The notes under the pieces are model-generated. The model made no database searches. It was not told the DNA's origin and saw only the letters and a program-made list of their open reading frames with translations. This document shows, piece by piece, positions 13,606-26,214 of a DNA stretch of 64,000 nt. This DNA comes from Lytechinus pictus (lineage: Eukaryota): the NCBI RefSeq assembly GCF_037042905.1, contig NC_087247.1:12896001-12960000 (forward strand), read 5' to 3'. The number at the start of each line of letters is the position of its first letter. The stretch's first letter is position 1. Both the position numbers and the translations under genes were made by a program.

Positions 13606-14249
13606 CCGGGGGGGGGGCCACTTACATTGACGAGTGGATACCATGCGCGACCAAAAAAACACGTAAAAAGGATGTCTTTTTCAAGATAGGGCACGTTACG
13701 TACGTAACGTGATAAGGGTGTCAAAAACACAAAAATATTGAAAAAAGGGTATCTATTTCGCTCGGAAAAATATACGTGTTTAGGGTCAAATATGCGGGGA
13801 TTATAAAACAATATCAAAATGTTTTATAAAGGATGTCCTTTTTGCCCCAACAGTACGTGTTTAGAGTCCGATTTGCGCGAGGTGTGGAAGGTGGGGCCGT
13901 ACTAAACCATAATAATGGTGTGTAAAGGTAAAACCGACGACCGACGGACCCGTGACAACAATAAAACATCGCTGTACTCGTTTAGGGGTTCATTTCAGGG
14001 AATACTTGTCAAGAGTATCATTTCGTTTCAGAATATGGAAAATACATCGCTGTACTTGTTTAGGGGCTCAATATTGGGAATACTTGCCAATAGTATTTGT
14101 TTCCAATACTTGTTAAGGGTATAGTTTCACACGCCAATACTTGTTAAGGGGTGCATTTTCAGAATATGGAAAATACATGTTTAGGGTGCTTTTCAAGACC
14201 CCGTGGTCGCGCATGGTATCCACTCGTCAATGGAAGTGGCCCCTCCGGG
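13606..14249. mobile_element. MITE family, copy 1 (ggggccacttacattgacgagtggataccatgcgcgacc TIR)
   Basis: About 45-bp TIRs; homologous copies at 26574-27063 and 31599-31712 (truncated). Confidence 0.85.
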
Positions 14250-15308
14250 AGGGGAGGTAGGTCTGTAACTGATGGACTATTTGAGTTCAAACGACATGGC
14301 TATCTGCAATAATATTTTGGGACAGAGAATACCCATCTCACAAGAATAGCAACCGCATTAGTTTGAGATATGCTTCGAAGGAATTCCTTTACTCCGTGGA
14401 TGTGACGCGATATATAGCTAACGATAAATGAAAAATCAATTATACTTTATCTCGCTCATCACTATATCATGAAGAATCATGAATATTTATCAAAGAGATT
14501 TAGTATTTAAGATAGGTTAGTTACTTTTTCGCGTCTGGAATTTACGAAACACTTTTCGATTTAACGGCGCTAATTCAACAAGCAAGTTTAACGTCGACCT
14601 CCTCAAAAATAGTTTTGTTTTGACATATCGTGTCAGAGTATGCGTGATGAGGTAGGCTTGATGAATCTAGATGTCGACAGGTTGCCAAAGTTTTCTAGCC
14701 CAACAGGAGGCAGGTGATGACAGTTGTGCATTGTCCGAGCTAAAGGACCGCATGCATTTCCATGGATTTTCAAAATTATCTGGCTCTCTTTCGAAATATT
14801 AATTGGTGTTTCCCAAGTGGGGAAAACCCGTCAACCGTACCTGTTTTTCAAGCATTTCCACAGTGTTTTTATCTGCTCATGGCAGCGAAAGTTCGTGATG
14901 ATGTTATAGTCATACAAATCCAGTGGAAATGTCGTGTAGGCCCTACTAGAGTCCTCAGCGTAGACAGATATGAGCATAGTGTTGTTGTTATTGTAACCAA
15001 AAAAAATATCATTATTAAAGGCAGAATGAATTTTCCACATGTCCACAATTACCACAAAATGAAACATTCTCAACGATCAGTTACCCTTCACATAAACAGA
15101 AAAACCATACCACAAACAAATCGTGGACCTGTATAACTTTTCAGGGATGAATGACTAGATGGATAAGTAATATGTTTTGATGTAGGATAAAAGGGTTATT
15201 CCAGTAAATAATTTCTTTGTAAATCGATTATAATGCATGAAATACCACAACTGCAAAGTGAATTCGATCAATCAATAATGAAGATATTGAAAGATAATAA
15301 AAACGAAC

Positions 15309-16083
15309 CTATGCAGTTTCTTCCGTCTCCTTGGTAACCCTGATTGCATCTACATTGGTAAGAACTAGGAATGTTGATACATGTAGCCAATGAGTGACAG
15401 TTGGAGGTACCAGTAGAGCACTCGTTGATATCTAGTATGGAAAAATGGAAATGATATTCGAGAGATAAAACAGAGGCTTTCCTCAATGTCACATCTTCGA
15501 TCCACTTTTCTTTTCTTATATAAAATGGTTGCAGTGAACATTGTGCTATGACAAAATAATGAAGAAAATAAAGTCGAATGTGATGTATGTCGTCCTAAAG
15601 AATAAATGAGCAATATTGTGTTTTCTGGCTATTCAATTTGTAAATATCTCTGATTAATTTTGATCACATCAATTATATAACTTGCCACCAACAACATAAA
15701 TTTGTGACAAGATTTGTTAATCATCATGTTATGTAGCAACTGCCTTTCGAGATATATGTTTTAAAGCGAACTCATTTTCTATGTAAGACGCCTTACAATT
15801 ATAGTTGAAATATTTGTATGTACATGTATTTAACCATGGACCTACTATAGGTTTTCCATGATTTAACTTACTTATATTTTAGCAATGATAGATTATTATT
15901 ATGTATTTTAGCACGTAGTAGAAGCTCTGTAGGGGGAAGTCATTAACATGATTAACCTACCTCTACATGTTCTTCCATTTCCTTGGTAACCCTGATTACA
16001 TCTACATTGGTAGGAACCGGGTGTATTGATACATGTCGCCGATGGGTGGCAGTTGGACATACCCCGGATGCACTCGTTGATAT
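15309..16083 (-). CDS. Two further Ca-binding EGF exons; parent transcript unresolved
   Basis: 16083-15961 (DINECIRGMSNCHPSATCINTPGSYQCRCNQGYQGNGRTCR) and 15431-15309 ([41 protein letters not shown]); each 123 nt, phase 1/1, intact AG/GT, six Cys. Confidence 0.75.
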
Positions 16084-18427
16084 CTTATGAAAGAAGGAAA
16101 ATAAAACTAAAAAGTTAAAATTCCATAGCAATGTTGAACGATACATCTTTTCATGATGTATAGCGCTGAGATCTTGATTATGTGACTCAGTCTTTTACGC
16201 TTTTCTGGAAACCGTTCTGATTGTTTGAAACAGAGAATGATTTGAAGTAAATATCTTTATTCCTCAAATTTGATTTTAATTTATGATTTAATGCCAACAT
16301 TCCGAGAGAGTTGTTTTTTGAAGTTATTTAAAAGGGTACTCAATCGAGCTGGTGTAATTCCAGATTATATCTGCTTCAAATAGTTCCAGTAACGAAAACT
16401 GTTATACATCGAGCTGCTTTGGAGATTTACATTGTTACATTTTGCTACAAATAAATTAGTTTTTAAATCGCAATCTAACCACCGATCATCCTAGTAAAAA
16501 GCAGTCGCAATATCAGACCAATGCTATATAAATTTGCTTCACTTTATATCATTTCTCTCAATAATCAAAAGGGTTTCATTTCATTTTCATCAAAAATGCA
16601 GTCAATATGCAGATAAAAAAGTGTTGACAAGCAATGATAAGTTAAAAAAAAGGATGAACATATTGTCTAAACTCCGTGTCATCATCAGCAATGTAGAAAA
16701 CAAAGTGCACTTTACCCAAATATAAATTAAGTAGTCTATGTCTTTGCCAAATTTATTGAACCACAGCCAAGATAGTTGGAAATGATCATAATCATGACAA
16801 ACATGTCAATAAATTGCTTCATTCCAGAACTTGCATTTTCTTTCACACAGTCACTCTTTAAAAAAGCAGTTGAAAAGTGTGAAGAAAATTTTATATTTTA
16901 CTTCACATCCTACTGATTAATGCGTCTTTTATATATTTATTGTGTTATATAAAACGTCTGAGCATTCTTTAATAGCATTAATTACCAAACGTACACATCT
17001 ACACATCATTAAATACTTTTGGAATATGCATGTATATTGCCCTTTTATCGTTAGCTCCCTAAAAACACCTTCCACATTAGCCATTAGTATAATCTCTTTT
17101 CATATAACCGTACGGATATTATGATTGAATATGGAATTATGTTCCTTTGGAATTACAAAATGTTGCATTGAATGGCACATATATGCTATAATAGCATAAT
17201 GAAGCCAGATAATCAATATACGTTTTTCTCTATTTTGATACATTTTCTTTAAAAATTTAAGGATAGTTTTCTTGTCTCTCACCACCATGGTCATACAATC
17301 AACGTGATAGACGAAACGATTTGAAGGGGTGCCTCTTGATATTTGATGATCAGTGTACTTTGTGGTAGGTAGTAAAATCTATCAAGGACAAGTTATAGAC
17401 ACAATAATTTCCAAAAAAAAATTTAACCGGGTGTAATTGGAAGATTGAAAGACAATATGACCCACACGACTTGCAAATTGATAAGTTGGGTGCCTCTTAA
17501 TTTCATAAATTTTCCTCTTTTTCTTGCTTGCTTTATTTTTCTATTTTCTGTTTTTCCCTAACGAGAACCAATGTAACTTTCCTCTCCTTCCACCTGTAAT
17601 TTCTCAAACCTTTGTTTCTCTCTTTACCCACCCCCCCCCCCCTCTCTCTCTCTCTGCCTGTCTTTCTCTTTTTCTTCTTCAACTCCTTTCCGTATATCTC
17701 GTATTAAATTTTTTTGAATTTTAACAACTACTTTCTTAATATCCACTTAATAATTTTTTCATACATTCGATAACATTAGAAAACAGACAATATTTTTGAA
17801 GATGCTTTCTCAGTCCATATCAGTATGATTTATTTATGAAGTATATCTTTTTTTTTAATGTATAAAACTTTTCATGTATACAAAATAATGTCTCCAGATA
17901 TTGCATAGTTCGTGAAATTCATAAACCCGTATTTGTAATAAAATTAAAAAGCAATAGTGCAAACAATATTTTATTTATACAATAAAGTGGTATACGAACT
18001 GTCACCAAACTTAGTGAGAAAGAACACCATTTAGCATTTAACAAAATACAGTAGATTAATATGATGTTTTAGACTGATATAGGCTCAAGTCATTGTGTTC
18101 TTAACATAAGTAGCGAATGAATTTATGACTATAATTTTTTACTTTATTTGTCAAAGGGTTGTAATTTCCTTTGCTTTACCAAAATACGCAGCGCTGAATG
18201 AATTATTAAAAATGCGTATTTCCAATTATTAAATTAGAAATGCAAACGCCATATTATGGCGTTTGCATTTTTAATTTTTTATTGATAGGTACATTGATAG
18301 TGCACTCTGTTAGTCCTTTTGTTCCAAAAAATTATTTTGCAATAAATATATACAGGTAACCATGACAATATTAAAAAAGAACAATTTCACGGGTAAAAGG
18401 GAAATTGCTTTGAGAGTCACTACTCCG

Positions 18428-20508
18428 CTACGGCACTGGTGGTGTAGCTGTCGCTGCTGGCGTAGTGGCAACAATTGGATTTCCAGCGTCCGCTCCAGTT
18501 CCGGTACCGGCTCCTGCACCGGTGCCTGTGCCAGTACCGGTCCCTGCTTGTGGTGGTGTAGCTGTCGCTGCTGGCGTAGTGGCAACAATTGGATTTCCAG
18601 CGTCCGCTCCAGTTCCGGTACCGGCTCCTGCACCGGTGCCTGTGCCAGTCCCTGTACCGGTACCTGTGCCAGTACCGGTCCCTGTACCGGTACCGGTACC
18701 AGTACCAGTACCAGTTCCCGTTCCTGTACCCGTACCTGTTTCTGTCTCGGTGCTTTCTTCGCTACTGCTCGAACTACTTGACCGCTTGTGTCGCCGGCCT
18801 AGAAGAAATAGATGAAAAATTTGTTTCATTTTTAAAATAGTGATATTTTCATGTTTTTAGCAAAACTACATGTCTAATAAAGGACTGAAAAATAGGTGGA
18901 AAGATCGGCGTATAATCTAGGGAATCTACAGTCCTATTCCAAGATTACATCTTTTTCTTTTGAAACAATTTCAATTTCCTTTTCTTTTTCTTATAGGGCC
19001 TACTATTGATGCTACAAATTGTTGCAGGAATACCTGGCAAATGCCAAGAAAATTAATGCTTGCCTATCATTATTTTTTTAAACAGTCATTGATATAAATA
19101 ATGTTATTTTATCCACTCAAGGTTATAAAGGTGGTGCAATCAACAAGATCAGCCTTTCAGCAGCCCCTTTCATATTCATCTTATTTTCATAACTTTATAC
19201 TTTGTACAATGCATTCTGTATAATCATAAATTATATTGTTCGAAATTCAAATAAATGTAACGAGGAAAATGATTTTCTTTGTTCAAATTTAAATTCAAAT
19301 TTGGTTTAATTCCAGCAGAACAGAAAATTTATTACAAATTGATTTCATACATTTGTAAATTACATTCAATGATTTAAGTGATAATTAAAATGGTATGAAA
19401 TTTATTCAACATTACACTTTAAAAAAATGAATGAAAATTATATTGGTGATGTATCTTCGATTCGTCAGATGGTTATCTCCGACTCAGTTTGGAAACGATT
19501 AAAAACTATTGAAATGAAATGAACCCATTTCTGTTATTTCTAATTTGTAAAGGTGTGTCAACAGTTTTTTCAAGTGTGAAAGAAACCAGGGTGAATCCAG
19601 AAACCACGAAAAAATTCTGAAAATCGTGGACAGAAAAAGATGGAAGTTAAATAAAGGTCCTAAATCAATAATACACACAAAGGGGTTCAATTAAAATTTC
19701 TCAATGACTTTTTAATGGCGTAGGGGACGTGCATTCTGTGATCCTCCAATATATAGATATGCCTATGAGCTTGAAAATGTTTATAATTATTTTAGGGTAA
19801 GATTTCAATCTTACCCTATCTTATATCAATTTCAATCGACAATTTTCAAAGCACTTCCTTGTTATCACACAAAAAATGACACTGCAGATACATTACATTT
19901 TAAAGCGATTTTACGATTTTCATGCCGAGTCCGTAAGGAGATCGCATGGTGGCCTTACGATCTCCGTACAACGGTTTGCCTGCATGTCTACCAAAATTTA
20001 CGATCACTGTCGTATGATTATTACCGCCTCTCCATGGTGTCATAACGATGATAATGCACTGTCATCTACGATAAGGCTACGAGCTGATACCGTGGAGGCC
20101 ACGATGCCGCCGGAGTGTCAGTTTAAAAAAAGAAGATTTTAATGCGCAACTTTTTGCAACGATAACGGCAGCGAGGAAAAAGTTAACATCTTTTCACTCA
20201 AATTTAGAGTTATTTGAATATTCACCATCGAAATCACACAAGAATGATGTCTTGGTTGTATTTCTGAAAATTAGTGTTTCATCTGTTATCGTTATGGCTT
20301 ACTCACTTTTTGTGGAAAATTTCAAATTAAGAGTTTAAAACGATGCATAATCAGAAAGGAATCAATGTTTTTTTTTTTTCTCATTTGAACGTGATGGTAA
20401 ATACTCTGAAGAAAGTAAAATTCACTACGTTGTATGAACATTCTTACCTTCGACGGTTATCAGCATTACACAGAGCAAGACGCACAGGGTGATCATCATT
20501 GGCTTCAT
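18428..20508 (-). CDS. Gene B: 143-aa secreted proprotein, paralog of A; signal peptide, [19 protein letters not shown], (TG)n and a duplicated 38-aa unit
   Basis: Exon 20508-20448 (cag|ATGAAG..., [21 protein letters not shown], 61 nt, G|gtaaga) joined to exon 18798-18428 (ctag|GCCGGCGA..., ends CCG TAG); 432 nt in frame. AATAAA on the minus strand at about 18278-18283. Confidence 0.85.
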
Positions 20509-20544
20509 CTGAAAAAAAGAAATATGATAAATTTAATGAGAAGT

Positions 20545-20619
<75 letters not shown>

Positions 20620-20677
20620 GTAAATGTAAACATGCATCCACTCTTTAACATGACTACTGTGTCTTGTACCAAATACT

Positions 20678-21088
20678 TAGGCGAAAAAATGACAAGACGA
20701 TTTGACGTTGCTGTAGACCACAATTTAATCCGAGCTTTCGGCCTTAGGCCTTCTTCAAGGGTTCTATTTTAACAAAAACGAACGAAACATATCTATACTA
20801 AATACTATACTATTGATATGTTTCGTTCGTTTTTGTTAAAATAGAACCCATGAAGAAGGCCTAAGGCCGAAAGCTCGGACCACAATTTAATCCGATCTTT
20901 CGGCCTTAGGCCTTCTTCATGGGTTCTATTTTAACAAAAACGAACGAAACATATCTATACTATATACTATACTATTGATATGTTTCGTTCGTTTTTGTTA
21001 AAATAGAACCCATGAAGAAGGCCTAAGGCCGAAAGCTCGGATTAAATTGTGGTCTACAGCAACGTCAAATCGTCTTGTCATTTTTTCG

Positions 21089-21092
<4 letters not shown>
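20678..21092. mobile_element. Near-perfect palindromic insertion with an internally duplicated hairpin; Penelope-like fragment with hammerhead-like motifs
   Basis: Outer arms taggcgaaaaaatgacaagacg...cgtcttgtcattttttcgccta; four copies (two per strand) of cc(t/a)tgaagaaggcctaaggccgaaag(c/a)tcgg; lies between (TA)n tracts. Confidence 0.6.
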
Positions 21093-21141
<49 letters not shown>

Positions 21142-21306
21142 CATGTACTGACACATTAACGATACTCACAAGGAGCTCATTTTGCGAAAGAGAGTAATAT
21201 TACTGGGACTGTTCTCTATGGTAAGGCACATATAGATGACTCATGCAGATGATGCATGAAAAATATAACTGTTTTCTCTTTCCGTCAGACTTACGAAACA
21301 GACTCC

Positions 21307-21580
21307 AGGGCCCCACCCATCTTACAAAGAGATACGATTGATCCGATCAGCATCAAATATATGGAAATCAATCAATGTCATACTTTTTTCGACAGCAAGT
21401 TTGAACAATGTCATTTGTAAGCAAAGGAAAGCACGTACACTGAATTTTCAAGAAAACAATGAATGTATGATTATGCATTCTATATTTTGAACAAGCATGC
21501 ATTTTAGACGTTGACGTTGCCTGCTTTCCATAGTTGTTATTCATCGGATCAATCGCAACTCTTTGTAAGACGGGTCCCTG
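21307..21580. mobile_element. Harbinger-like MITE (cttacaaagagttgcgattgatc family)
   Basis: Inverted ends cttacaaagagatacgattgatccgat / atcggatcaatcgcaactctttgtaag; related copies at 39325-39597 and 45091-45366. Confidence 0.75.
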
Positions 21581-21734
21581 ACCGACCAAATCTATGACGT
21601 TGTTTCCAATGACAAGGCTTCAGGCGAAATTTTAAACGAGCAGCATTTTGAGTCAGTTTCGTTGATGTTGATACGACATAAGCTGTCTTGTCTCAATCTT
21701 TTCACTTGTCTTCAATAACAATTGACCCACTTAA

Positions 21735-22315
21735 AGGGATGGTCCGGGCTGAAAGTATTTAGAGCTTAACAAATAGAGTAGAATTCACTGAGCAAAATGC
21801 CGAAAATTTCATCAAAATCGGATAACAAATAACAAAGTTATTGAATTTTATAGTTTAGCAATATTTTGTGAAAACAGTCGTCATGAATATTCATTAGGTG
21901 GGCTGATGATGTCACATCTCCACTTGTTCTTTTGTATTTTATTATATGAAATTAGGTTTATTCAAATTTTTTCCTCCAAGAACTAGAAAAATTGGATTGA
22001 CAATTGATTTAGTGCATTAGATATTTATTGCTGCAACTTATTTCATTATAAGAGAGACATATTCTTTACACAAGTATGAAATAATGAAAAAATATGATTT
22101 TATGTAATAACATAAGAAAACGGAAAGTGGAGATGTGACATCATCAGCCCATCTAATGAATATTCATGACGACTGTTTTCACAAAATATTGCTAAACTTT
22201 AAACTTCAATAACTTTATTATTTGTTATCCGATTTTGATGAAATTTTCGGCATTTTGCTCAGTGAATTCTACTCTATGTATTAAGATGTAAATATTTTCA
22301 GCCCGGACCATCCCT
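21735..22315. mobile_element. MITE with TTAA TSD and ~190-bp TIRs (Kolobok-type)
   Basis: ttaa|agggatggtccgggctgaaa ... tttcagcccggaccatccct|ttaa; the arms are nearly identical. Confidence 0.9.
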
Positions 22316-22451
22316 TTAAGAGTTATTTATTAATCGATAACAACGCTTAAGTATCAGAAAAGAAAGAAAAAGGAACCTCATTCATCAATATCAATAAAAG
22401 GCGAAAGGGTTTTAGTGCTGCAAAGTAGGCCTACTGTAATTATAAGGGGGA

Positions 22452-22725
22452 ATGCATAATGTGACTTACTTTGACTCAAGTGATGACTTTCCAAACTTCC
22501 AGGAAAAAATTACTTACTTTGACTCAAGTGATAACTTTCCTAACTTCCAGGAAGAAATGCATAATATGACTTACTTTGACTCAAGTGATAACTTTCCAAA
22601 CTTCCAGAAAAAATGCATAATATGACTTACTTTGACTCAAGTGATTACCTTCCTAACTTCCAGGAAGAAATGCATAATATGACTTACTTTGACTCAAGTG
22701 ATAACTTTCCAAAGTTCCAGGAAAA
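22452..22725. repeat. Five ~50-57-bp tandem repeats, each carrying a minus-strand 5' splice site (gene B exon 1 end)
   Basis: Unit atgcataatatgacttactttgactcaagtgataactttccaaacttccaggaa; each has TCAAA|gtaagt on the minus strand (GT at 22469, 22517, 22574, 22630, 22687). Confidence 0.85.
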
Positions 22726-22796
22726 TAGGTTGAAGCAAAGATAATGATCTCGCGAAGATGTGCAGATAAAATACATTGTTGTTAGAAAAAAGTTCG

Positions 22797-22808
22797 TGCT
22801 TATATAGG
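22797..22808 (-). promoter_or_regulatory. Candidate TATA box of gene B
   Basis: Minus-strand cctatataagca about 110 nt upstream of the first exon-1 donor. Confidence 0.5.
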
Positions 22809-24264
22809 GTTAAAGGTTTAATGATTTTACAGTATGATGTTAATGACACATGTATGAGTTTAACCTTGCTGTCATGTTAGGTTCTAAAGCCATTCGTCAA
22901 ACAGACTTCAAGCAATGGGCCGGAAATCCTCTGATACAGGTGACAAAGACTTCGCCAAAACCCGGTTTCATATTGAGACACAATTAAACAAACATTGCAC
23001 GTTATATCTGCCTAACATAGCACCAATTGATTGTTTGAAGGTCGACGGATAACTTCGTGAGGTTTCAGGTTTGCTCAAAATAGAGGGTTTACATTCCAAA
23101 TTAATGTTTCTGCAATCAAAAAGTCTATAAACGGGATATAAGAAGGAAGTTTACTTCTTAAACCGATTAGCGAATTCTAACATTTTGAAATAGACCTTTG
23201 GTATAATCAAAACGAATAAATAATGAGGGGTATAAGTATAACTACTTAACTCCTTATACCAATTAGTAAATAATAACATTTTGAAATTATTTCTTGATCA
23301 AAATATTAATCACAAAAGACAAAAAAGTACAAACAACGAAAAAACAAAAACAAAAAATCAAAAGAGCCATTATTGATTGTTCATTAGGGGATGAGGGATA
23401 AGTTTGCTCAACCCTTCCCAGAGAAGAATCAGCTTCGGCATTTTAATGCTTGGGTTTAACATTGATAGGGATATGATAAGATAATCATATTTCCTTTGCT
23501 TTTATGGTATCCTACATTCGGGATACGACGAAAATTCAATGATATATCCATCCGAGTGTCAGTAGAGATGTACTTTCAAAACTCTCATAACTGCAAAAAA
23601 ATGTGTGCTTACACCTTGCTACAATGTGACTTCGGCATCTTACAACAGTACGACCTACGTTGTATCAGTTCCAGGCCCTAGGATAAATGTAGATTTTTAG
23701 TGGGGTCGCTTATTGCCCCAACTCCAACTGAAAATTTTCACAAAACGGTATTTTTTCGGGAGGGGGTCGAATCATTATTACATGTTTCAACATAATTATC
23801 TTCATCAAATAGTGATCAATATCTAGGTTATTCGACATTTTACACGTTAGATGTAATATAAAAATATATTTGTTTTGCTCAATTTCTTTGCTCGCTTGCA
23901 ACCCCCCCCCCCCCCCATAATAGATATTATCCATAACTGAGCCCCTATTCCCTGCATATAGTTTTTGCCTCATGCAGTTCCAAGGGGCAGATCCTGGATT
24001 TCATGAAATGATGCGGCACAGGAGGGAGGTCGCATATTTAAAAATTTGTTTAGGCGAGCAGAAAAATGGTTGCCACTCCCAAAAATACACACTACCCCCC
24101 CCCCCTCCCTCGAAACATAAAATTTAAAACCCCTAAATGATTTATCGTTTCAAAACTCGGAGGCCTTCTGATAAAAAAAATAGAAGGCACAATATAAATC
24201 ATCAGTGTTCCATGAAGCACTCAGCCAATTAGATGCAAGGATTTCAGTAGCTTTCAACAAACTT

Positions 24265-24460
24265 GGAGGCGTGATATCTCAGTCGGTAGAGCGGGGGATT
24301 CGTATTCTGGTGACCCGGGTTCGATTCCCACTTGGTGTGCTAGTGCTCTTCGGTAAGGCATTAATCTTCAGTACCAGGTCCTTCGGAGAGGACCTTAAGC
24401 CGTCGGTCCTCTGGTTGCTTGCTTACAAGCATTCATGCTTTCTTAGCAATCAGGTAAAAA
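24265..24460 (+). mobile_element. tRNA-derived SINE
   Basis: ggaggcgtgatatctcagtcggtagagc...ccgggttcgattccc (A and B boxes), followed by a non-tRNA body; no proper cloverleaf. Confidence 0.75.
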
Positions 24461-26214
24461 AACCACCACCACCACCATGTTGGGGGAATCAACATCAACT
24501 ATGAAATGCCCTCCTAAATAAACAAAATGGGAATACTCGTGCTGATACCATGGTGCTCCAATTTAAGATAGGACTATAAAACAAAGCGCATCCAAAACCG
24601 TGATAATTTTTCATTTATGGACAGTCCACACTTATATTCAGATGGTTTGTACACATAGCGTCAAATCAAAATTAAAAAACATTAAGAATAATCAAAGCTA
24701 ATGAATAGCTAATAAAAGCTACATCAATTCATAAGTTATTATAATATTCAACGAGGCTGTGTGCAAATTAGTCGAATAGTAATGTCCTAAGTTCACAGGG
24801 TTTTATCAATTTTTGTCACATTCAGAATAAACAAAAAATGAATATTTATTAAACAATGTCATAATTACTTTTTTTTTCTTTTTTTTTCCTTTTTTTAATA
24901 TATATACACCAAAAGACATTCGAATTTATTTCAGGAGCATTTTATGATGCTCTGTTGGAAATAAAATCGAATTTTTAATTTAAATTTGATGTGACTAAAC
25001 AACAAATCATATTCATAAGAACCGAAGTCTTATTCTTCAAGGATTTACTTGTCAAATTTCAATAATCAAATTTACATCTTCCATTTAATAAATTTCCTGT
25101 AATTCAGATCAGTGGCAATCATTCAACGGCTTTTTCCATTATAAAAGAAGCATCTGCCTTTTCGCCCACTGACATGGTATATTGATCTTATATGACTTCT
25201 TGAATGGACTACTGAACAGTGAGAAAAAATGGGAGGGGTGTGAGATATGAGAGAGAGGGATGTCACAGAAAACAGGAGAAACAAATGAGAGAGCGCGCTG
25301 CACAAAAATTGAAGGTGGGCAGATATGAATAGCGAAAATACATGACAATGTGTATGGCTGTTTTGATCACGCTGTGATTGGTCACTTGTGTAACACGTCA
25401 TGAACTTGACATGCGCAAATTGAGCTCGGATTTCTTGCAGGTACTTGGAATCCTATTAGTTAACGACCTTTGGCTAGTTGTGGATTCATTTCTTGTTTCC
25501 TTTACTGTGGAAAGCAGTTGTTCGATTCGTTGTTTATGGAAATAAAACTTTGATGATCGAGGTTTTTCCAAATTTTTTCCAGGCATGTTAGGGTAGGCTA
25601 CCTTTGCGTCAGGAGTATCTATTTGTTGTCTGTATTTCAGGTGATCAATTTAAATCGATCTAAATTGTTAAGAAAGCATGTTCTAATTGTAAAAGTAATT
25701 GTGGTTTGTACATCTCTGATTTTGAAAATTGATGCACATATTACAAACTATAACCGGTGATCGTGTAGCTCGCCATTTGGGAAGAAAATTCATAAAGCAT
25801 TCGAGTATTCAAGTATTACGGGAAAGAAAGGCGTTGGAAGATATAACGTTTTGTGTGAATGGATGCAATTCATTGGGCGGTCTGGCCCTAGCGAATGGAT
25901 GGGGTGACGGGGGGGGGGGCACTTAACATCCACTGCCAAGAAAAACAAAGGAAAGGGAGAAAAGGGAACGAAAAATAAAAAGGTGGCATATAATATAATT
26001 TTATCAATTATTTTATATCAAATTCCATCACACAATTACATTTTTACTCAAAAGAAATATGTCTTAACTTTCTTATTTTATATCCGATTTCAATAAAAAA
26101 AAAATCAACGTTATGTTTGTTTGATTTTTCTTTATTGATTGAAATCAACATATTTCTGGGGTGGACTTGACCTTTAACATGATGAACTTTAGAACCATCC
26201 TATAATGTGATCTT

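Noticed and set aside
18310-18840. (PV)n, Cys/Trp-rich and YRY-rich ORFs
   Set aside because: Shadow frames of the gene B (TG)n exon; no splice or start support.
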